IMG/VR virus record: IMGVR_UViG_3300034069_000756
Location: 1-39,452 of that record
Length of the DNA stretch: 39,452 bases
Origin: a virus
Reading direction: 5' to 3' (one strand)
Positions within the stretch are counted from its first letter, which is position 1; each line of letters opens with the position of its first letter. This document shows, piece by piece, positions 33,186 to 39,148 of the stretch. Under the pieces are notes generated by a model that had not been told where the DNA came from, ran no database searches, and was given only the letters and a program-made list of their open reading frames with translations. A program made the position numbers and the translations under genes.

Positions 33186-33649
33186 GCCTGAAGCATGACG
33201 AACGCCTAGCTGGCGTGAAGCCTCCACTCGCTGCTGCGATCAAGCTCGGCACCAGCCGGCTCACCTTCGATACGGTGGTATCGGAAGGGTTGCGCTCGAA
33301 AGAGCAGATGATGATCAACTACGGCAAGGGGCGGACGGCGGCCGACTGCCGGGCCAAGGGCATCCCGGCTAGCTATGCCTGTCCCGCTGCCGCCAAGGTG
33401 ACGTGGCTCGCCCACCCACTCCAAAGCAAGCACGCCGACGGCGAGGCGGTCGACGTGTACCCGCTAGTCAACGGGAAGCTCGCGACGACGACGGCTCACC
33501 TGCCGCTGTTTCGGGCCATGTATGAGGCGATAATGGCGGCCGGGCGCGAGGCGGGCGTGAAGCTACGCTACGGGGGCGACTGGGACGGCGACGGCAAGCT
33601 GTTTGAGAAGGGCGAAACGGACGCCGTTCATTTCGAGTTGGCCGCATGA
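33182..33649 (+). CDS. Endolysin, peptidase M15 (VanY / L-Ala-D-Glu peptidase-like)
   Basis: The zinc ligand pattern SKHADGEAVDV ... DAVHFEL (H-x6-D ... H) is typical of M15 endolysins. Confidence 0.8.
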   Translation: MSLKHDERLAGVKPPLAAAIKLGTSRLTFDTVVSEGLRSKEQMMINYGKGRTAADCRAKGIPASYACPAAAKVTWLAHPLQSKHADGEAVDVYPLVNGKLATTTAHLPLFRAMYEAIMAAGREAGVKLRYGGDWDGDGKLFEKGETDAVHFELAA

Positions 33650-33921
33650 GCGACGATAACACGACACCCCAGATCGAGGTCAACGCCTCGCCCCTGCCCG
33701 ATCAGCTATGGGCCGGTGTTCGGCAGATCGCGCCCGCCCTCACCGCCTTCGCACTCGGCCGCCACTGGATCGAGAACGACGTGGCGGCGATGCTGATGGC
33801 AGTCGGCGGCATGGCGTGGCCGATCATCGCCGGGCAGATCAAGACGCGACACCGGGCCAATCAGCTTGCAAACATTGCGGCCGACCCCCGCGTGCCGAAT
33901 GAAGTGGTGGTGGCCAAGTGA
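33646..33921 (+). CDS. Holin (two TM helices)
   Basis: LWAGVRQIAPALTAFALG and VAAMLMAVGGMAWPIIAG. ATGA-coupled to the endolysin. Confidence 0.6.
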   Translation: MSDDNTTPQIEVNASPLPDQLWAGVRQIAPALTAFALGRHWIENDVAAMLMAVGGMAWPIIAGQIKTRHRANQLANIAADPRVPNEVVVAK

Positions 33922-34433
33922 CCTGGCTTGCGCTCCTGACCCGCTATTGGCGCGAACTGGGCATGGCTTTGCTCGCCGCCGCTATCGCCGGCCTGTGGAT
34001 CCTGCATAGCCACGACGCTGGGCTGTTGCGCGAGTGCAAAGCCGCACGCGCTGAGGATCAGATGAACGTGCGCGCCACAACGGCGAAGGCACAGGCCGAC
34101 GACACAATGCACGCCCTTACCGTCGAACGCCGCAACGCGACCGCCACTCAGGAGACCGAACGTGACCTACAGGCCCAGATCGCTTCTGCTCGCGCTGCCG
34201 CTGCTGTTTACGCTGCCCGCCTGCGCAACCAGGTCCAAGCCACTGACGGTGGTGTCGGCCTCCCGAGTGTGCCCGCAGCCCCCGACCCCGCCCGCCCTGT
34301 TGCTGGAGCCGGTGAAGCGTCCGTCATGGATGCCGACACTGAAGCCTGCGCCGTAGCCGTGGTCAAAGCGGAAGGCTGGCAGGGCTGGTTTGCGCGCGTG
34401 TCCTCGCCGATCAAAGAAGGAGCCACCCGATGA
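33918..34433 (+). CDS. i-spanin (Rz-like)
   Basis: N-terminal TM LGMALLAAAIAGLWIL plus a charged coiled-coil periplasmic part. It hosts an embedded lipoprotein ORF. Confidence 0.65.
   Translation: MTWLALLTRYWRELGMALLAAAIAGLWILHSHDAGLLRECKAARAEDQMNVRATTAKAQADDTMHALTVERRNATATQETERDLQAQIASARAAAAVYAARLRNQVQATDGGVGLPSVPAAPDPARPVAGAGEASVMDADTEACAVAVVKAEGWQGWFARVSSPIKEGATR
34162..34356 (+). CDS. o-spanin (Rz1-like lipoprotein) embedded in the i-spanin gene in another frame
   Basis: GTG start. Signal plus lipobox LLLALPLLFTLPAC, and a Pro-rich mature part (CPQPPTPPALLLEP). Confidence 0.65.
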   Translation: MTYRPRSLLLALPLLFTLPACATRSKPLTVVSASRVCPQPPTPPALLLEPVKRPSWMPTLKPAP

Positions 34434-34513
34434 CGACCACCCGCACCTATTCCGACTTCATCCATATCCCGATCGCGCTCGGGCTGCTGGCGTTCGGGCT
34501 GGGGCGGCTGTGA
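34430..34513 (+). CDS. 27-aa hydrophobic peptide coupled to the spanin gene (below the track cutoff)
   Basis: GAAGGAG SD about 7 nt upstream. ATGA overlap with the i-spanin stop. MTTTRTYSDFIHIPIALGLLAFGLGRL. Confidence 0.4.
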   Translation: MTTTRTYSDFIHIPIALGLLAFGLGRL

Positions 34514-34516
34514 TCT

Positions 34517-34560
34517 AGGCGGGCCGGGCTTGATACCGGCTCTGATTCGGCCCCGCCTTT
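34517..34560 (+). terminator. Possible late-operon terminator
   Basis: AGGCGGG (34517..34523) pairs with CCCGCCT (34552..34558), enclosing an inner CCGG/CCGG hairpin, followed by TTT. Not canonical. Confidence 0.3.
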
Positions 34561-34840
34561 CGGCCTATGGGCATCTGAGGAGCGGGTAAGCCCCAAGGGC
34601 AATCAGACAAGATGCTTTGCGTGTCCATCCACGCCGCCGACCTAGAACACTGGCCTAGCATCCCGACTCGATTTGTGGCAAGAGGGGCCATTGACGGCGC
34701 GAGCCAAAGTCACCTGTTCTAGGAGGCGACGATGCAACGCCCGCTGTAAAGGCGGGACAGGTCAGCCCGGTACGCGGCCGATTGATGCCGGGTGTTCGCG
34801 ATGAAACATGCGCTGTTCGGTCAGACGCCCTCGCGCGGGG

Positions 34841-34864
34841 GCGGCAGCCGGTGGAAGCCCGGCA
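34841..34864 (+). repeat. 24-nt conserved motif, copy A: GCGGCAGCCGGTGGAAGCCCGGCA
   Basis: Matches 36361..36384 at 23 of 24 positions, in the same orientation. Contains the hairpin GCCGG-N7-CCGGC, and the single difference lies in the loop. Confidence 0.8.
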
Positions 34865-35102
34865 CCCCTTGCCCCACGTTCCCCATCCGTTCTACCCGGC
34901 ATGAGTGAGCGCAAACACCCGACTCGATAGTCTGAGCGACCTCATCAAGCGTTTGGCGTGAACGACGACGAGCGCGCCGAGCTGGCGCTGCGCGGCATCG
35001 CCGGCAAGCGGCTCACCTATCGGCGGGTTGGTGGCCTCGCAGCCTAAGCACCCGGCCATGGGGCGTAAGCGCAAGTTCAAAGGCGGTTCTTACGGCCATA
35101 AG

Positions 35103-35153
35103 CGAAAATAGCCTTCCGGTACCCAGATACCCGTGGTACTGTCTACCGGAAGG
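35103..35153 (-). terminator. Intrinsic terminator for the minus-strand small-gene cassette
   Basis: 10-bp stem CCTTCCGGTA (35112..35121) / TACCGGAAGG (35144..35153). On the minus strand it is followed by CTATTTTCGC. Confidence 0.55.
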
Positions 35154-35247
35154 AGATAAGGTTTGCCTTATTCAATGTATTACGGACGGCGCATCCTGGC
35201 GGCGCTTTGTATGCTTGGCTTCTGGTCGCCGGATTGGTTGCCGAAAG

Positions 35248-35478
35248 TTACGCGGCATCCGTCACAATCAGACGCCACCGGATAGAGCCCTGCGCGTACG
35301 TATGCTGATGGTGGTTCTGAGGCGGCAGATGATGGCCTAGCGTCGAAACCGCTTCTTTGCCGCAACCCTCGCACCGGTAGATACCGGAGTACGGAGCGAG
35401 AGTGCCGGGAGAGTGGAGGGCGTCGAAGCCGGAGAAATTTACCTGAGTGAGGTAAGCGGGATTCTTGTACCAAGCCAT
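35248..35478 (-). CDS. Small Cys-containing protein (76 aa), possibly YjzC-like
   Basis: MAWYKNPAYLTQVNFSG...APYSGIYRCEGCGKEAVSTLGHHLPPQNHHQH...IRWRLIV. Ordinary codon pattern in an AT-richer island. GAAAGG upstream. Confidence 0.55.
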   Translation of the reverse strand: MAWYKNPAYLTQVNFSGFDALHSPGTLAPYSGIYRCEGCGKEAVSTLGHHLPPQNHHQHTYAQGSIRWRLIVTDAA

Positions 35479-35791
35479 TACATTCGGCCTTTCTGCCGTT
35501 GATGCAATCGCCTTGACCCGTCGTACTAAGAGGGTATCCTCTTAGCGCTTGTACAGCCGTTCCGCCGACGATTGCAGTTCGTTTAGCGGATGAACGGGCC
35601 GGGGACGCCAATCCCCGGCCCACTTCATGTCGAGCGCAGCTATCCTTAACGCAGCGATTAGAGTCGAGCGCCGAATGCTGCATGCTATGATTTCGGGTAA
35701 GTGCGTTGCAAAAAGGCAACGCATTGGCCTTTTGCAAGTACGTTAACCCTTTTTTAAGAGCAAGTAGAAATTTACTGCCGCAGCCAGTTCT

Positions 35792-36043
35792 CTAGGTTTG
35801 TGGTTTGTTCGCAACACCGATCGGCCGCCCCCGCCGACGCGCCTCGCTTGACTCTGGCGGCTTCTCATGCGGCTTTGGCTTGGTCGTCAGCATTCGGCGC
35901 AACACCTCGTCCTCGCTCGGGGGATCATCGGCCATTTGCGCTTTCTCCATGATTCTGGCATACGCACGGAAGGCCGGATGCCTTGCGGCACCCGGCTTGC
36001 AGTTGTCCATACCAGCCGCCTTTTCGGCGGTCGCGACTGCCAC
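35792..36043 (-). CDS. Small hypothetical protein (52-83 aa depending on start)
   Basis: MEKAQMADDPPSEDEVLRRMLTTKPKPHEKPPESSEARRRGRPIG. The pattern is common in small alphaproteobacterial accessory proteins. Start ambiguous (GTG 36043, ATG 36010 or 35950). Confidence 0.45.
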   Translation of the reverse strand: MAVATAEKAAGMDNCKPGAARHPAFRAYARIMEKAQMADDPPSEDEVLRRMLTTKPKPHEKPPESSEARRRGRPIGVANKPQT

Positions 36044-36272
36044 CCTACGGGGCTGCGAACGACGGAAGAGGGCCTAATCTCTCCCGCCGCCCGGAAGCCT
36101 CAGCGGCTAGTTAGGTTGTTGCCGGGACATGCCCATCACCTCCTTCCTGGCCGTGCCTTTCGGGAACTGAACCGTCCCGATCGGATATCGCGATATCGCA
36201 GCTTCACCGGCTTTGCCGTGCGACATTGCATTCCTAGCCTAGCTAGGTGGCGGAACGTAAAACTCCCTCAAG

Positions 36273-36301
36273 GGCCGTCTCGGGAAACCGGGGCGGCCTT
36301 T
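36273..36301 (+). terminator. Strong GAAA-tetraloop hairpin followed by TTT
   Basis: GGCCGTCTCGG-GAAA-CCGGGGCGGCC forms an 11-bp stem with two G-U pairs, followed by TTTCGC. Confidence 0.4.
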
Positions 36302-36339
36302 CGCGCTCGGCGCCATCGGAAACGCTGCTGCGTAAGGTA

Positions 36340-36345
36340 TATAAT
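36340..36345 (+). promoter_or_regulatory. Isolated TATAAT box about 15 nt upstream of motif copy B
   Basis: GGTATATAATG in an otherwise GC-rich context. No convincing -35 element. Confidence 0.3.
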
Positions 36346-36360
36346 GTCCGCGCTAGTGGA

Positions 36361-36384
36361 GCGGCAGCCGGTGAAAGCCCGGCA
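36361..36384 (+). repeat. 24-nt conserved motif, copy B: GCGGCAGCCGGTGAAAGCCCGGCA
   Basis: See copy A. The copies are 1,520 bp apart and bracket the AT-richer small-gene island. Confidence 0.8.
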
Positions 36385-36607
36385 TTTAACCAAACACCAC
36401 CGCCACCAGCAACCGCACCTCGGGCGGTAGGTTGGTACAGCCCGTTACGGGATTTCCCGCAACGGCCCTCCCCACCCTCCTGACCACCCATACCACCGCC
36501 CATAGCCATCCTATATCGGCAACCAGATCACGGGCGAGGGTAGCGGGGGTGTCGGGCATGGGCCGGGTGTTGCGGGCTATCTCCTACATGGCAAGCTAGG
36601 CGGCGAG

Positions 36608-37249
36608 TTAGCCGCGCTGAACACTCCGGGCCATTGTAAGTAACAGGTCCCTGAAAGCCGGTGGCGTTGCTAGTCGGTCTCGGTCGCTGGGACGGGGTGA
36701 CGTTCTCGCAAGCCGGTGCCGCCCATCGGCCCGCGCTGCGCGTCGATCTTCAGCGGATCGATACCCGTCATCTAAGCGCTCGAAGTTGCCAGGGGCTTTG
36801 CCCCACCGCAACGATGGAAGGTCGATGCCGCTAACGTAGAGCCAAGTCGCCTTTCGCGCACGGTGACCATAAGCTCCCTGCTCGACGCAACAGGTCCAAC
36901 CGCCCGACCAATCCGCCACAACCCAGCCGCCCGTGCGAGGCGGCGAGTTCAGACCGAACGCCGCCCATGCATGGCTGTCCGCCGGATGCTCTAGAACACC
37001 GCCCCATCGCCTTACGGCAGCAAGCGCAGCTGCGAAGGTCCCGCCATCATCACCTAGCCGTCTACGGACTTTCGCAGACGGACCGCCAAACCAGTAGCGC
37101 CCCCACCGCTGGCAAGGTGGATGCGCCACCACCGGATGCGGGCCGGCATAGGCGCGAGCGTCCCGCGCCTCGTCCCACGGGTCCACGTCCGGCAGGCCGA
37201 AATAGCAGCCGCCCGTTTCAACATAGAGCGCGGCGATCATATTAGGCAC
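36608..37249 (-). CDS. Compact C5-cytosine-methyltransferase-like protein (213 aa) lacking an obvious target-recognition domain
   Basis: VVAHPPCQRWG (motif IV, PCQ), GGVLEHPADS (ENV-like motif VI), AYGHRARKATWLYVSG (QxRxR-like motif VIII), RLATPPAFRDLL (TPxxF). It is too short for a canonical Dcm-type enzyme. Confidence 0.5.
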   Translation of the reverse strand: MPNMIAALYVETGGCYFGLPDVDPWDEARDARAYAGPHPVVAHPPCQRWGRYWFGGPSAKVRRRLGDDGGTFAAALAAVRRWGGVLEHPADSHAWAAFGLNSPPRTGGWVVADWSGGWTCCVEQGAYGHRARKATWLYVSGIDLPSLRWGKAPGNFERLDDGYRSAEDRRAARADGRHRLARTSPRPSDRDRLATPPAFRDLLLTMARSVQRG

Positions 37250-37270
37250 TCCGTTGCAACCACTGCTCTA

Positions 37271-37287
37271 GGGTTCACCGTGAACCC
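37271..37287. promoter_or_regulatory. attP-arm inverted repeat GGGTTCAC-C-GTGAACCC
   Basis: Perfect 8+8 palindrome. Related GGGTTC..GAACC sites lie on the other side of the core. Confidence 0.5.
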
Positions 37288-37382
37288 CGAACCCCGGACA
37301 GATCGGGAACACGCCCTCCATCGCGGACACGCACCCCCGGAAAACTCACGCTTTCGCGCCATTGCGGAACAGGCCCGCCGTG

Positions 37383-37427
37383 TTTGTAAACCGAAGGTCG
37401 GGGGTTCGAGCCCCTCACTCGGCACCA
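37383..37427 (+). other. attP core: 3' 45 nt of a tRNA-Thr(UGU)-like gene (anticodon loop to CCA), not a full tRNA
   Basis: TTTGTAA loop / ACCGA / AGGTC / GGGGG-TTCGAGC-CCCTC T-arm / ACTCGGC-A-CCA. The upstream sequence cannot form the 5' acceptor strand (GCCGAGT absent), a D-arm or the anticodon stem. Confidence 0.7.
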
Positions 37428-37468
37428 ACGATTGCAGTAGCTTAGCAGCTACTCGCAACATGGCTAGT

Positions 37469-37515
37469 GGGTTCGTATGAACCTTTAGCGGTGTTCCACG
37501 GGGTTCGTGAACCCC
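37469..37515. promoter_or_regulatory. Two attP-arm inverted repeats (GGGTTCgtatGAACC at 37469..37483; GGGGTTCgtGAACCCC at 37500..37515)
   Basis: Same GGGTTC/GAACCC half-sites as 37271..37287, located between the core and the integrase stop. Confidence 0.5.
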
Positions 37516-37517
37516 GC

Positions 37518-38498
37518 TCACCAGGCCAGCGCCTCCGCCGCGCCCTTGAGAAAATCTGGGCTGAACCGCGCGTAGACCCTCGAGGTGATCCGGCTATCGG
37601 TGTGGCCGAGCAGCCCGGCGATCTGCTCCATCGGCACGCCAGCCTCAGCCGCCCACACGGCTGCGCTGTGCCTCAGCATGTGCGGTGTGGCCTTGATCCC
37701 CGATCGGCGCACGGCGGCGTTCCAGGCCGTTTTAATGGAGGCGACCCGGCAACCCTTGTGTTCAATCACGTAATCGCAGGTTGCGGCAGGCAGCGCTTCC
37801 TCGAGCGCCGCGCGGGTCTGAGCGTTGATCGGCACGGTCGCCCGCCCCTTGCTCGTCTGCACCCGGTCGGGCGGGTTCAAGTCTATGATGCCTTGCTCGA
37901 GGTTCACCTGATCCCACGTCAGCTCGAGGAGCGCAGCCATGCGCGCGCCGGTGCCGATCGCCAGCTGCATGAACAGCGCGATATGCGGCGAGCCCGCCTT
38001 GGCCCCCTCGAGCAGTTTCCTGAACTGCGGTCGGGTCAAATGCCGGATGCCGGCGGTCGGCAGCTTCGGCATCGGCACGAACGGCGCCTTGGCGATCAGC
38101 TTGTCCCGCTCGGCGAGGTTGAGGGCGGCCCGGATCACCGCCAACTCATTCCGCACCGTCACCGCCGCGCAATGCTTCCGGTGCTTGCGATAGTCCGTCG
38201 CCATCGGCTCATCCACGCGGCTGATCGGGATCGCGCCCCAGAACGGTTGAGCGGCCTTCCATGCCTGCCCGGCACGCTTGATCGTCAGGATACCGGCCCG
38301 CTTGGCGAGGTAATAGGCCACCGCCTCGCCTACCGTGTTGACCCCGCCCCGTGTTGAACGCCGGGACCAGAATGCGCGAGCTGCGGCCTCGGCCGATGGT
38401 CGATCAGCCGTTCCAAGCGAATGTCGGTGGCGTCCGTGTTCGTCGCGCCAGACGATGGCGAGGTGTTCTCGGTATCGTTGGATGGTATATCCTGGCAC
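37518..38498 (-). CDS. int: Tyrosine integrase (start uncertain; GTG 38498 preferred, ORF open to 38735)
   Basis: The C-terminal catalytic region has ...GARMAALLELTW..., HMLRHSAAVWAAEAGV, LLGHTD..ITSRVYARF (R..HxxR..Y). The arm-binding N-terminus is GYTIQRYREHLAIVWRDEHGRHRHSLGT. GAGG lies upstream of GTG 38498. Confidence 0.85.
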   Translation of the reverse strand: MPGYTIQRYREHLAIVWRDEHGRHRHSLGTADRPSAEAAARAFWSRRSTRGGVNTVGEAVAYYLAKRAGILTIKRAGQAWKAAQPFWGAIPISRVDEPMATDYRKHRKHCAAVTVRNELAVIRAALNLAERDKLIAKAPFVPMPKLPTAGIRHLTRPQFRKLLEGAKAGSPHIALFMQLAIGTGARMAALLELTWDQVNLEQGIIDLNPPDRVQTSKGRATVPINAQTRAALEEALPAATCDYVIEHKGCRVASIKTAWNAAVRRSGIKATPHMLRHSAAVWAAEAGVPMEQIAGLLGHTDSRITSRVYARFSPDFLKGAAEALAW

Positions 38499-38653
38499 TC
38501 GAACCTCGCGACCTCCTCGGGACGGATGCGGTACAGTTTGCCCCCGAACCGGAACGCCTTCAAGCGCCCGGCCCGGATCATGGCGTAAATGGTGTCGGTG
38601 CTGACCTGCCATTGGTAGGCTAGGCTGGCCACGGTGTACGCTCGAGCCATCAT
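38330..38653 (-). CDS. Excisionase-type HTH protein (107 aa)
   Basis: MMARAYTVASLAYQWQVSTDTIYAMIRAGRLKAFRFGGKLYRIRPEEVARFE is the MerR/Xis-type helix_turn_helix_17 pattern. The C-terminal tail overlaps the integrase N-terminus out of frame. Confidence 0.65.
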   Translation of the reverse strand: MMARAYTVASLAYQWQVSTDTIYAMIRAGRLKAFRFGGKLYRIRPEEVARFECQDIPSNDTENTSPSSGATNTDATDIRLERLIDHRPRPQLAHSGPGVQHGAGSTR

Positions 38654-38796
38654 CGCCCCCTCTCCTTCGCCTTGGCCCGCAAGGCCGCTTCAACCGCTTC
38701 TCCGGTGCCCAGCGACACGATCGCGAACCGATCATCCAGCCACAGCTTGGTCATGCCGGGGTAGAACTTATCGCCGGGGATCGTTGCTAGCTTCAT
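38650..38796 (-). CDS. Small hypothetical protein (48 aa)
   Basis: Start MKLATIPGDK is preceded by GGGGAGGG. Its stop overlaps the Xis-like start. Confidence 0.4.
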   Translation of the reverse strand: MKLATIPGDKFYPGMTKLWLDDRFAIVSLGTGEAVEAALRAKAKERGR

Positions 38797-39148
38797 CGCC
38801 CTCCCCTTTCTCGCTGCGCTGAGTGGTGTCATGGGTGTTCGCCAGTTCCAACAGCACGTCGGCGTGGCAGGGCTGGTCAAGCGGGCACCAACAGGCAAGG
38901 TTCTTGCCGCTTAAGTCGAACTCGATTGCGTGTAGCGATGCTTCCGAGATACCATACTCAAGCATCGTCCCGCCGTGTCGATACGGCAGCAGTTGCTGAA
39001 CGAACTTGGCGATGCATTCTTTAGCGTCACCATCGACGCCAACCTTGAACGGGTTGCCCCAGCGTCCCGGCCGAGCGACAGACACCGTGTTCGGCGGCAT
39101 TTTCCAGCCCTTCTTGCGCGAGAGCTGGACGCGCACAGGATCGCTCAT
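38768..39148 (-). CDS. DUF4326-family protein
   Basis: VARPGRWGNPFKVG...NLACWCPLDQPCHADVLLELAN is the DUF4326 signature. Confidence 0.65.
   Translation of the reverse strand: MSDPVRVQLSRKKGWKMPPNTVSVARPGRWGNPFKVGVDGDAKECIAKFVQQLLPYRHGGTMLEYGISEASLHAIEFDLSGKNLACWCPLDQPCHADVLLELANTHDTTQRSEKGEGDEASNDPRR

Noticed and set aside
34826-34880. The motif GGCAGCCGGTGRAAGCCCGGCA as part of a known riboswitch (cobalamin, FMN, ykkC/guanidine-I, c-di-GMP-I) or an RNase P CR-I-like element.
   Set aside because: It shares only generic GGUGAAA / CCGG features. The flanking conserved boxes are absent in both copies (GGGAA and the B12 box; the FMN CCGACGG; the ykkC GGGAGA; the GEMM tetraloop-receptor). A covariance-model scan is needed for a definitive negative.
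34892-35080. 62-aa minus-strand ORF in the cargo region.
   Set aside because: It has no SD and an odd composition, and it lies antisense to the three plus-strand frame fragments that look more protein-like.
35180-35737. 185-aa minus-strand ORF, and the 60-aa ORF 35542..35724.
   Set aside because: The 185-aa frame is Arg/Ser-rich and overlaps the much more protein-like 76-aa frame. The 60-aa ORF has its ATG buried in the 8-bp TGCGTTGC/GCAACGCA hairpin and no SD. The latter is not fully excluded.
36243-36509. Gly-rich 88-aa minus ORF (MAMGGGMGGQEGGEG...) and the overlapping plus ORFs 35867..36430 and 36247..36483.
   Set aside because: Composition is driven by C-rich and G-rich tracts that look more like RNA or DNA structure. 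There are no SDs and no coding periodicity visible by eye.
37352-37427. A possible complete tRNA gene next to the integrase.
   Set aside because: Only the 3' 45 nt fold as tRNA. The required 5' acceptor strand (GCCGAGT), D-arm and anticodon-stem 5' strand are absent, so it is called as the attP core instead.
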